The translations under genes were made by a program, and so were the position numbers. A stretch of DNA of 64,000 nt, from assembly GCA_017937705.1 (NCBI GenBank), contig JAGBDC010000030.1, positions 38,590 through 102,589 on the forward strand, given 5' to 3'. The notes beneath the pieces are model-generated. The model saw only the letters and a program-made list of their open reading frames with translations, was not told the DNA's origin and did not search any database. This document shows, in pieces, positions 9,164-17,888 of this stretch (position 1 is the stretch's first letter; each line of letters begins with the position of its first letter). Source of the stretch: Alphaproteobacteria bacterium. GTDB taxonomy: Bacteria; Pseudomonadota; Alphaproteobacteria; RF32; CAG-239.

Positions 9164-9649
9164 ATGAATTTATTTCAAAAACTAAAAGATTTTTTTTATT
9201 GGGAAATTTTAAATCGATTGAAGGGAAATAATCAAGATGTTGTTTGTGCCATAATCATAAATCAAAATAAAATATTAGCTCAAACAGCTCAAAAAAATAA
9301 ATTAATCAGTACCGATGATACGCAATATGTCGTCCCCGGAGGAAAAGTTGAGCCGGGAGAAACTCTAAATGCCGCTGTACATCGTGAAATTAAAGAAGAA
9401 ACAAATCTAAATGTTGATGTTGTAAAAAAATTGGGCTCTACTCGTAACAATAAATATAAACTACACTGGTTTATCTGTGTGCCTACCGATTTGTCTTTGC
9501 TTAAAGTTGTTGAACCACTCAAACAAAAAGAGCTCAAATGGATTGATTTAGAAGACAAAAACGTTAACTTGACTCCGAAGAATTTCGAGGCCTTAATGCA
9601 CTATAAAGCAAAAATTACAGAAGCACAAAAACATATAAAAGAAGAGTAG
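9164..9649 (+). CDS. NUDIX hydrolase (MutT-like)
   Basis: Nudix box GGKVEPGETLNAAVHREIKEETNL. ATG 9164 has GGAG 6 nt upstream. Confidence 0.8.
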   Translation: MNLFQKLKDFFYWEILNRLKGNNQDVVCAIIINQNKILAQTAQKNKLISTDDTQYVVPGGKVEPGETLNAAVHREIKEETNLNVDVVKKLGSTRNNKYKLHWFICVPTDLSLLKVVEPLKQKELKWIDLEDKNVNLTPKNFEALMHYKAKITEAQKHIKEE

Positions 9650-9658
9650 GGAATAGCA

Positions 9659-9955
9659 ATGGAAAAAGAACAAGAAAATAAAATATATAACGATGCAATA
9701 GCATTTTTTGGCGAAACATCGCAAAAAATTATGGTTATCGAAGAAATGTCCGAACTTACCAAGGAACTATGTAAAGAATTACGTGACAGAGGCAATATTG
9801 AAGATATAGCCGATGAACTGGCAGATGTAGAGATAACTCTTGCTCAAATTAAAACCATATACAATATACATAAAATGGTAGAAGAGCATAAAGACTTCAA
9901 ATTGCATCGTTTTGCTTCTCGTATGGAAGAATTGAAAGCTAAACAAAACAAATAA
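9659..9955 (+). CDS. MazG-like nucleotide pyrophosphohydrolase (small all-alpha type)
   Basis: EEMSELTKE ... ELADVEI acidic motifs (EExxE / ExxD) characteristic of the MazG fold; 98 aa. Confidence 0.7.
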   Translation: MEKEQENKIYNDAIAFFGETSQKIMVIEEMSELTKELCKELRDRGNIEDIADELADVEITLAQIKTIYNIHKMVEEHKDFKLHRFASRMEELKAKQNK

Positions 9956-9957
9956 AA

Positions 9958-9983
9958 AACCTTACAGACGTAGCTGTAAGGTT
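9958..9983. terminator. Bidirectional hairpin between convergent genes
   Basis: AACCTTACAG-ACGTAG-CTGTAAGGTT perfect 10-bp stem, with an A-run before it. Confidence 0.55.
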
Positions 9984-10000
9984 GGTATCATAAATTGCTC

Positions 10001-10843
10001 TTAAGCAATTTTGCGTAAGGTGTTCATAATTTCATCAATTGGGCAATGTGCCAGAATTGAGAAATTAGAAGACAGTTTTTCCTGCCAATTCTTTAGGTTG
10101 CCGAATTTTTTTTCAAACTCGTTACTCCAACCATAATTGACAATGAGCATACGTTGCCAAAGATTTTGGTCGTAAGCCTGAATTTTCTTTTGAGCTTCAA
10201 GGAAAGCAGAGTTCTGTGAAAAATAATACCACAAGAGCACATTGCTGTTGTTGCTGATTTCTCTTTCAATCAAAGCAAGTTGCTGGTCTTCATTCAATTT
10301 ATAATAACGAAGTTTTTTGACGACAGTCTCCAAGGGAGCTGTTTTCAAAAAAATGATTGCAGCTTTTCCTTTCCACGGGCCAACATAAGAACATATTTTT
10401 TCAATGTCGTTGTCTTCTAACCATTGAAGTTGTTCTTTTTCTGAAACCGGTTGAGAAGGAATTAGTCCGTAAGCCATTCCCAGAAGCTGAATTTTTCCGT
10501 AGTATTCTTCGCTTTTGCGTTCTCCCATAAGCGAATTATACAACCATACTTTTACTCCTGTTTCTGTCATTGAAATTTCTTCATCGGACGGACGTTTTAA
10601 CAAATGTCGCATATACAAAAACTCGGCAGCCTCTCGTGTCCAAATGTTGCCATAAAGCATTGTCTGCAAGCGAATTAATTCCGCAGAACCACTTTTCGCC
10701 AACCAGAGTTGTCCTTCTTTAGAGAGAAAACCATGCCACAGTATATGTAACTTCTGCGCCAACATATCGCCGGATTGAATGAGAATTATCTCTTCCGCAG
10801 ATGATCTCACGAACGGAGCGTGAGAAATTTTAAAGTTTTTCAT
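10001..10843 (-). CDS. Hypothetical protein (280 aa, predicted helical)
   Basis: Long clean ORF, somewhat GC-richer than neighbours. No motif recognised. Confidence 0.6.
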   Translation of the reverse strand: MKNFKISHAPFVRSSAEEIILIQSGDMLAQKLHILWHGFLSKEGQLWLAKSGSAELIRLQTMLYGNIWTREAAEFLYMRHLLKRPSDEEISMTETGVKVWLYNSLMGERKSEEYYGKIQLLGMAYGLIPSQPVSEKEQLQWLEDNDIEKICSYVGPWKGKAAIIFLKTAPLETVVKKLRYYKLNEDQQLALIEREISNNSNVLLWYYFSQNSAFLEAQKKIQAYDQNLWQRMLIVNYGWSNEFEKKFGNLKNWQEKLSSNFSILAHCPIDEIMNTLRKIA

Positions 10844-10885
10844 AAACGTATTGATTAATAATTAATATTCACAACGAGTTAAACA

Positions 10886-10904
10886 TGACAAAAATATTTT
10901 GTCA
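10886..10904. promoter_or_regulatory. Palindromic operator-like site in a divergent promoter region
   Basis: TGACAAAA-ATA-TTTTGTCA perfect inverted repeat. The half-motif AAAATATTTTG recurs 20 nt downstream (10911-10921). Confidence 0.3.
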
Positions 10905-11035
10905 ACAGAGAAAATATTTTGCAACTGTATACAAAAGTATATGGCTTGACTTTGTAGGTCTTTTTGTATAAATTTATAAATCTAAATGATTATAATTATG
11001 ACTTTATTTTTTACTAACTTAAATTTTATACTAAG

Positions 11036-11317
11036 ATGAAATTTATCATTAATTTTTTCAGAAAATCTCCGGCTAGTACGGGGCTTTTATCTTTGTTTAT
11101 ACTCCTATATTTGGTAGGGGGAAAAGATTTTGGAGCTCCTATGATAGCGACGGAGGGAGATGTATTTGCCCTTTTGGTTTATTGTTGTGTAATGGCTGTT
11201 TTAGTAATGTTTGTACTGCCAAAAATTAAGCAACAAAACCAAGAAAAGGTAACTTGGGCAGTTGTGCTTATTACTGTTTTAGTGTTAACAGTTATTGCAA
11301 AAATCATTGCTCTGTAA
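11036..11317 (+). CDS. Small integral membrane protein (3 predicted TM helices)
   Basis: 93-aa hydrophobic ORF followed by a clear terminator. Confidence 0.45.
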   Translation: MKFIINFFRKSPASTGLLSLFILLYLVGGKDFGAPMIATEGDVFALLVYCCVMAVLVMFVLPKIKQQNQEKVTWAVVLITVLVLTVIAKIIAL

Positions 11318-11322
11318 AAAAT

Positions 11323-11360
11323 CCCCCGAATGTTGCGCAAACAATTTTCGGGGCATTTTT
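11323..11360 (+). terminator. Rho-independent terminator
   Basis: CCCCCGAA ... TTCGGGG stem followed by T6. Confidence 0.6.
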
Positions 11361-11379
11361 TATATTTTTTTTGATGAAT

Positions 11380-11406
11380 AAAAAAAAGCCTTCAAGAATG
11401 AAGGCT
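11380..11406 (-). terminator. Rho-independent terminator of the HD-domain gene
   Basis: AGCCTTCA-AGAA-TGAAGGCT stem, preceded on the + strand by A8 (a T-run on the - strand). Confidence 0.6.
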
Positions 11407-11417
11407 TAGGAAAAACA

Positions 11418-11873
11418 TCAGACATAACTTTCAATTTTGCTAAAGCGAGTATCCGCTTGTAATTTTTGCAATTTCTCAAAAGCTATCAGATATTGGGTAG
11501 AATCTTTTCCGTGTCTTCTACCGATATCCGCAACTCTTTCTGCCATAGTTATATCTTTACCATCGGGACTAACAGATAAATCTGCACAATTAAGGATAAA
11601 CGTTTCATCAGACATATTATCGGTTGCTTTGTCAGAATGATTCACAACATCTTGCCAATATTTATAACCTGAACGTTCTAATATTTGTCCGGCTATAATG
11701 GCGTGTTTTTCTCCATTTTCGGTAAATTCATAACCGAAATCATGAAGCAATCCTAACAAAAACATATCTTCAGAATATGGTTCATCATTTGGTTTGAGCC
11801 TGTTAGCTAAAATTTTTGCTTTTCGGGCAACTCCTAAAATATGTTGCCATCTGTTTGAGTTTATCATAAGCAC
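11418..11873 (-). CDS. HD-domain phosphohydrolase
   Basis: WQHILGV ... LLGLLHDFGY (H...HD signature); 151 aa. Confidence 0.75.
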   Translation of the reverse strand: MLMINSNRWQHILGVARKAKILANRLKPNDEPYSEDMFLLGLLHDFGYEFTENGEKHAIIAGQILERSGYKYWQDVVNHSDKATDNMSDETFILNCADLSVSPDGKDITMAERVADIGRRHGKDSTQYLIAFEKLQKLQADTRFSKIESYV

Positions 11874-12036
11874 TAAAAATTAAATTATAAGCAGAGTAAT
11901 TAGTAAAATCCTCCGTATATTATCCTATTTATATTTATAATCAAGTAATTTTTATTTTTTTGTCTATTTTAAGCTTGATTTTTAAGAGTTTTTTAGTATA
12001 ATAACGATTACTTAAATACACATTAATACAATTTTT

Positions 12037-13275
12037 ATGGAACAGAAAAACAGACAAACAGTTTATTTTGAGAACAACAATCAGTGGTTCAAAAACTCTT
12101 TGGACATGAAAACACTCTACACAGAGGTTCATTCCGGTGCAGAAAAATATGGAAGCTCGGCAAACAAGCTGGTAAAGGAGATGATTGCAAACTTACTCGA
12201 TTTGGCCCGTATGGGACGTATCGATTTGAGTGAGCCTTTTATCATTACCGATTATGGCTGTGGTCAGAGCAAAGCGGCTAACGTGTTGGCTCAGGTAATT
12301 TCGGATACCGGCGTAATTTTGATGGACATGCTCAACAGCGGTTACAATTACGCTTCGCTTTTGGTGTATCTCGAGGCCAATATTCAAGCTGCAGACAGTA
12401 TCGAGATTACCGAACTCGACCAGATTATGACTTATGGTCATGTAACGGTTCAGAGATTCGATATCGGTATTCCAAAGTTTTCGGCACCTCTTGCCCGCAA
12501 GGCAGATGTAGTTTTCTGCAACGACGTGTTCGAGCATATCCCTTATGAGGATATCCCTGCGTTCATCGCAGATTTGGAGAATGCCGGTGACTATGTGGTT
12601 GCATCTATCTCTTTGCGCGATGCTGTTAACTATAGCCGACTTTCAAAGGAGGTTTTGCTTAACGGTGCGGTTGCTATTGATGAGGCTCCTACATCCGGTA
12701 TTATCCTTACCGAGGAGGGCGACGATGCTTACATTTTCTCACTCCATGTGACAATTATGCCGCAGGACAAGTGGCAGGAAATGTTAGGCAATGGTTGGAC
12801 TTTGCTCCCTGCACAGGATTACACTGCTTGCTCGGCGATGAATTTTGAGCCTAGTCAGGAGTATCAGTCGTTCAAAAGAACTCTGATTTCACAGATTGGT
12901 TTTGCTGATTTCATTCCGTTCCCTACAATCGCAGGAACGAGATATGAGACGGACCTTACTCTGTTTGCGAGAACTGCAAAGATGCAGCCTCAGAAGCATG
13001 TTTACAAACTCAATGCTTTGGAACACTATCCGGACAGCGAGTTTAAGACAGTAGAAACAGCAGAGAGTATGGAGTTCTTGAAGTTCGTCGGTGCAACCAT
13101 TCGCAAGAATACGGAGACCGGCCTTTGGGAGATTGAACATCTTCCTCACTTCATGGCGAAGCTCTATGCTTTGGACAAGCTCAGCAAGACCGGAACTGTT
13201 ACGGCTGATGAGATTATTGCTGAATATAACAGCGGTAACACCGAGCGTATTGATAACTATATCAAGAAGCTCTAA
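12037..13275 (+). CDS. Class I SAM-dependent methyltransferase-fold protein with an unknown ~170-aa C-terminal domain
   Basis: Motif I-like ITDYGCGQSK and motif-IV-like VVFCNDVFEHIP. Clearly GC-richer than flanks. Confidence 0.65.
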   Translation: MEQKNRQTVYFENNNQWFKNSLDMKTLYTEVHSGAEKYGSSANKLVKEMIANLLDLARMGRIDLSEPFIITDYGCGQSKAANVLAQVISDTGVILMDMLNSGYNYASLLVYLEANIQAADSIEITELDQIMTYGHVTVQRFDIGIPKFSAPLARKADVVFCNDVFEHIPYEDIPAFIADLENAGDYVVASISLRDAVNYSRLSKEVLLNGAVAIDEAPTSGIILTEEGDDAYIFSLHVTIMPQDKWQEMLGNGWTLLPAQDYTACSAMNFEPSQEYQSFKRTLISQIGFADFIPFPTIAGTRYETDLTLFARTAKMQPQKHVYKLNALEHYPDSEFKTVETAESMEFLKFVGATIRKNTETGLWEIEHLPHFMAKLYALDKLSKTGTVTADEIIAEYNSGNTERIDNYIKKL

Positions 13276-13294
13276 GCCTGTATGTTTTGACTTC

Positions 13295-13320
13295 AAGGCG
13301 CTAACGTCAGTTAGCGCCTT
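13295..13320. terminator. Hairpin between convergent genes
   Basis: AAGGCGCTAAC-GTCA-GTTAGCGCCTT perfect 11-bp stem; weak T-run. Confidence 0.5.
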
Positions 13321-13327
13321 GTCGTAT

Positions 13328-13858
13328 TTATGCTAAAATATTTTTTCTATTTCTCAAAATTTGAATAAACGTCCAAATACATAATACAATATTTGCAAGA
13401 GCAGAAGGATATGCTTGTATATATAAATTATGAATAAACCATAGGCTCAAATTTGAAACTAAAGCCCATCGCATTTGTTGTTCATTTTTTGTAATATAGA
13501 TGCAAAGAGTATAACTTGCGGATGCTATAATCGGTAACAATCCTATTATGCCAAGATTGTTAGCATATAATCCGATAATAATACTTATAATCAAAAGAAC
13601 GATTGTTATATTTTTGGTTAGTTTATTTTTATAAGATAAAATATCACGAATTAGAGAAACAGAACTGATTACAAAAGCAGCATAGGCGTATAGAATAATG
13701 TTGGCAATACCTCCAAACAAAGTGCAACCGATTTGCCAATACATAAAATCCTTTTTACTTTTCTTTACTACAGACATGGCAATACAAATTGCACATAATA
13801 AAGAAAATATATTTCCGATAACCAAGTGTGTTTGCATATTTTTACTTATAAAAAACAT
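13328..13858 (-). CDS. YgjV-family inner membrane protein
   Basis: About 176 aa, multi-TM. Pattern LLPII...MRWALVSNLSLWFIHN resembles E. coli YgjV (LLPVIG...MRCVMWFSTCCWVIHN), recalled from memory. Confidence 0.55.
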   Translation of the reverse strand: MFFISKNMQTHLVIGNIFSLLCAICIAMSVVKKSKKDFMYWQIGCTLFGGIANIILYAYAAFVISSVSLIRDILSYKNKLTKNITIVLLIISIIIGLYANNLGIIGLLPIIASASYTLCIYITKNEQQMRWALVSNLSLWFIHNLYIQAYPSALANIVLCIWTFIQILRNRKNILA

Positions 13859-16047
13859 TAATGTCGTAAGGCTGACAACAAGTTATGAAAATCATCGGTC
13901 CATAATGCAGTACCTTCATCAGTTTTTCCTTCACGCCATCCTTTTAAAGAAAGTAATTCCACAATTTCCGGAGCATTTTTATTATTACTCAAAACACCCC
14001 ATTGAGGATAACGATGACTAAAGTCTTCTCTGTAACGTACAATAAAGGTCATACCTAAGCTATCAGCTATTTTAGTTAATATTGGTTCTACATCAAACGC
14101 TCTTGAACTTATATGAAAGAGAATAACTCCGTCTTCTTTTAATTTTGAGCGATAAATTTCGATAGCCTCCTTAGTTGTTAGGTGTACAGGGATAAAGTGA
14201 GAACTAAAAACATCCACCACTATTAAATCGTATTTATTATTTTCTTCTTTTTGAATTTCAACACGGGCATCGCCAACAGTTATTTCTGCTTCCGGAGCAC
14301 ATTTTTCCAGATATCTGAAATAACGATATTTTTTTGATATATCGACAATATCTTGGTCAATTTCAATAATATGATGTTTTGCTTCCGGTTGTGTATAACA
14401 TATAATTGCGCCAGAGCCTAAACCTAACCACGCAATTGATGGTTTTTCCTTTTTATATACTTTGAAAAAATCTTCAACAGCGGCTCCTTTACCATAATAT
14501 GTGTAGGGGCTGTATATATAGGTTGTTTCTCCTTCGTTTTCAAAAATATCTTGTCTTCCGTGCAAAGTATCTCCGTGAAAAAGCATTAATGTACTGAGAT
14601 GCGGAGGAATTATTGCTTCTTTTTTTACAATAACAGTTCCGAAAAAATTACGTTTTTTAAATAAAAAATCAGAATTTTCTTTTATAAATAATTGAGAGAA
14701 AATACAACTTAGTGCGCATAAAAATATAAAACTTTTCTTTTGAGTAAATATAAATAACAGCAGTATGGCTACTCCTATATAAAATAGGATATGAGCCATT
14801 TTTTCTTCTATATTTATGTTTATATATGCAAAAGTTACAATTATTACAGATAATATTGCTATATTTCTTCCGATTTTTAGTAATTCATTTTTTGTTTCTG
14901 CCAGACTGCTCAATACAAAAGGTAATGACAAAGCTACAATAAAAGGATATTCGCCTACGGAGGTGAATAAATGAGGGGCGATAAAAGTATTAAATGTTCC
15001 GCCTAATGCACCACCTATAGCCAAACACAGATAAAACAATGTCAAATTTTCAGGTGCCGGTTTTTTCTGAGATAAGATACCGTGACAATATGTTGCAAAA
15101 ATAAAATAAAGAAAACAGTGTATGCTGATAAACATAATGTTATCACTTAGTCCTGAACTCAATGATAAATTATAAAACAGGAAGATAGCAACTATTGCAG
15201 ATATTTTATATAATCTTTTAATTTGTATAGCTATTTCACTGGTATAAAATTTTGAGAAAGTCCAGATAAAGGATAAAAGATACAGAGATAATGGTAAAAT
15301 CCATAAAAACGGTAATCCGCCAACATCTGTTGATAGATGGCTGGTAACACCTAACATCAAACTTGACGGAACAAAAGCGAAAAATATCCAATAAAAAACA
15401 CAAATCGGATTTGTTTTTAATTTTTCTTTTGTTTCATGTTGAATAGTATCTTGAGAATTTCTTAAATATAAACCGATTGATACAACACACAGAAAAAATA
15501 CAGCAAATATAATATGCCACACTGTACCTTGTAAAGAAATTGCCAGTTGTTTTTCAAAAACTAAAGGGTAGGCATATAATGCCAAAAGGCTACCGATATT
15601 ACTACATACATATAGAATATAAGGATTTTTGTTTTCCTTTAAATTTGAAGAGGCCAACCAATGCTGAATAAGTGGCGATGTGGTTGAGAGTATCATAAAT
15701 GGAAAAAAGATATTTTTAAATAGTACCCATAAAGTGTCAGTAATCGGAGAAGACATCTCAATACTACCGGTTTGAAAATGAAAATTCACAACCCATAATG
15801 CACCAAACAACAGACAACAATGTACTAAAATCTGCTTTTTGAGGGAAAGTTTTTTTGAAACGATGTAAGAATATAAATATCCGACTAATAATGAAATTTG
15901 AAAAAATACGGAACAGGTATTCCATATATTGGGAGAACCGCCTACTTTGGGTAATAATATATTTGCGATTAACGGTTGAATTAAAAAAAGCAAAAATGCA
16001 CTTGTAAAAATACATAAATTAAAAACAGCAAACATTTTTATCTCCAA
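13858..16047 (-). CDS. Fused polytopic membrane domain + spermidine-synthase-like (SAM MTase fold) protein
   Basis: About 480-aa multi-TM N-terminus. C-terminus has IIEIDQDIVDISKKY ... GDARVEI ... YDLIVVDVFSS, typical of spermidine synthase-like domains. Confidence 0.8.
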   Translation of the reverse strand: MEIKMFAVFNLCIFTSAFLLFLIQPLIANILLPKVGGSPNIWNTCSVFFQISLLVGYLYSYIVSKKLSLKKQILVHCCLLFGALWVVNFHFQTGSIEMSSPITDTLWVLFKNIFFPFMILSTTSPLIQHWLASSNLKENKNPYILYVCSNIGSLLALYAYPLVFEKQLAISLQGTVWHIIFAVFFLCVVSIGLYLRNSQDTIQHETKEKLKTNPICVFYWIFFAFVPSSLMLGVTSHLSTDVGGLPFLWILPLSLYLLSFIWTFSKFYTSEIAIQIKRLYKISAIVAIFLFYNLSLSSGLSDNIMFISIHCFLYFIFATYCHGILSQKKPAPENLTLFYLCLAIGGALGGTFNTFIAPHLFTSVGEYPFIVALSLPFVLSSLAETKNELLKIGRNIAILSVIIVTFAYININIEEKMAHILFYIGVAILLLFIFTQKKSFIFLCALSCIFSQLFIKENSDFLFKKRNFFGTVIVKKEAIIPPHLSTLMLFHGDTLHGRQDIFENEGETTYIYSPYTYYGKGAAVEDFFKVYKKEKPSIAWLGLGSGAIICYTQPEAKHHIIEIDQDIVDISKKYRYFRYLEKCAPEAEITVGDARVEIQKEENNKYDLIVVDVFSSHFIPVHLTTKEAIEIYRSKLKEDGVILFHISSRAFDVEPILTKIADSLGMTFIVRYREDFSHRYPQWGVLSNNKNAPEIVELLSLKGWREGKTDEGTALWTDDFHNLLSALRH

Positions 16048-16243
16048 AGTTTATATTATTACATTGTTTGCTGCGACAATAACACCAATAAAAAATCATT
16101 TCAAGTTGATTACAAATTTATCATCATTGAAAATATAAAAAACTTTAACTGGTTAGTATTTGATATTTAGTGTTTGTTTTTTTATGTTTTTGTTATACTA
16201 TGCAGAATAAATATAAATTATAATAATTGCTATGGAGAGAGCT

Positions 16244-17881
16244 ATGAAATTTTCAACTATTTTATCTACATTAATGGTTACAACAGCTTTAACTGCTTGC
16301 GGTGGTGGAGGTGGTGGCGGACATAGTAATATTCCGCATACAACATTGCCGGATGTCTCAAGTTCTAATGCTGAAGTTACTTCAATGTCAAATGTAAGAT
16401 TTTCAAATATCAATAAAGCACGAGAAATAGTTGAAGAAGCAAATAATCAAATATCGGTATCCTTTTTAAATTTTAAAACGCTCGCAACATCATCTTTATC
16501 TGAAGAAGAAGTTTTTGAAGAATTCGGAAAGATGAAAGATTATTTTATTGATGGCAATGTTTTTGATAACAACGGTAATATAAAATTATCATATAATGAT
16601 TTGAAAAAATATTTAATATTAGCGGGTATTGATTTGGAAACAATTAATTTAGATAATATCAGTACCACAGATAGCGATGAAGAAAGACTAAACAAATGGG
16701 TAGATATTAATTTTGTTCAAGTACAAAGAAAAGCTCAAGACAGATATCGCAAATATGGAAATAAACATGATACAGGCCTTGAAGATGCAAAATTAAATGT
16801 AGTTAACATAGGGGCAAAGCAAGACAGTTATGTAAGTTTTGCTCTTGATAAAAATGGAAAAATTGAAGTTTTACATTTTGATGTTGATATAGATTCTGCA
16901 GATGGACGCCAAATGACACTTGATAGAAAGCAAGGAATTGTTTTTTCTCGCACTGGAGATATGCTTGTTTATGGGGTAAAACTGGAAATAGGAAACACAG
17001 GTGCATCAAGAGATATTCGTTTGGAACTTTTTGAAAAACCAACAGATATTAATATATTAAGAAAAATGTTAATTGCCGCTCTTTATGAAGAAAAAGAAGA
17101 TGGTTCATTAGAAAATGATGCAAATATAAATAATGTTGATGATTTTATAGCTTCTGCTATTTCAAAGATAAACTCATTGACCTTAGATTCTTTTAATGGC
17201 AAAACAGAAGATTCTGCTCAAGCAGGAGAAGCATTTAGTGAAGGAGCAACAGCGACAACTAAAGTAAAATATGAAACCTATGCAAAGGGTATAGGTAAAA
17301 AAGGCCTGCAATATTCCGATTTTGGAACAGTACATATAGATAGTATGGAAGGGAACGAAACAGTAAATGAAAAATTTGTTTTTGCCGGTGGATTAGAGGG
17401 AAAAAGAATTAGTAAAAATGACCTACAAGGACAAATGGAATTTGAAGGAAAATCTGTTGCAACTGTGATACATCAAGATGAAACCAATGGTGAGAGAATT
17501 GAAAATACAAAGAGTTTTGATGGAACTGCAAACTTGGTGTTTAATAATGGTTCAGAAACTCTCACAACAAATTTTGATAAATGGTATAATGTAACAGTAA
17601 CTTCAAATACAAATAAAGATAATTATAATATTACATTTAGTAATGGTAATGGTGTGCATAAGAATAATGAACTTTACAAATTTAATGACAAAGACAGTTT
17701 TACTGTAAATGACTTTGTTGGTGATAAAAATGATGGTTCTTATGGTGCTGTAGATATCGGCTATTATGGCGATAATAAAACACCGCAAGAAGCTACAGGT
17801 TTTGTGGCTTATGGTCAAAACTTAAGTGATGGTGTTGATTTACATACTCAAATTGGTTTTGGAACACAAATTGTAAAATAA
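16244..17881 (+). CDS. Surface-lipoprotein candidate with a TbpB/HpuA/fHbp-like C-terminal beta-barrel (Slam substrate type)
   Basis: Lipobox LTAC followed by a Gly7 linker. The C-terminal ~200 aa shows the SLP barrel pattern (YSDFG..., FAGG, GTANLVFNNGSETLTTNF, DIGYYGDNKTPQEATGFV). GGAGAG RBS before ATG 16244. Confidence 0.7.
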   Translation: MKFSTILSTLMVTTALTACGGGGGGGHSNIPHTTLPDVSSSNAEVTSMSNVRFSNINKAREIVEEANNQISVSFLNFKTLATSSLSEEEVFEEFGKMKDYFIDGNVFDNNGNIKLSYNDLKKYLILAGIDLETINLDNISTTDSDEERLNKWVDINFVQVQRKAQDRYRKYGNKHDTGLEDAKLNVVNIGAKQDSYVSFALDKNGKIEVLHFDVDIDSADGRQMTLDRKQGIVFSRTGDMLVYGVKLEIGNTGASRDIRLELFEKPTDINILRKMLIAALYEEKEDGSLENDANINNVDDFIASAISKINSLTLDSFNGKTEDSAQAGEAFSEGATATTKVKYETYAKGIGKKGLQYSDFGTVHIDSMEGNETVNEKFVFAGGLEGKRISKNDLQGQMEFEGKSVATVIHQDETNGERIENTKSFDGTANLVFNNGSETLTTNFDKWYNVTVTSNTNKDNYNITFSNGNGVHKNNELYKFNDKDSFTVNDFVGDKNDGSYGAVDIGYYGDNKTPQEATGFVAYGQNLSDGVDLHTQIGFGTQIVK

Positions 17882-17888
17882 TTACGTT

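Noticed and set aside
12193-13296. Minus-strand ORFs 12193..12537 and 12889..13296 (114 and 135 aa)
   Set aside because: Both lie entirely inside the GC-richer methyltransferase gene. Longer antisense ORFs are expected in GC-richer DNA, and there are no independent start signals.
16301-16321. G-rich run GGTGGTGGAGGTGGTGGCGGA, considered as a phase-variable simple repeat
   Set aside because: It is a mixed-codon Gly7 linker in frame after the lipobox Cys, not a homopolymer or an out-of-frame repeat. Only in-frame length variation is plausible.
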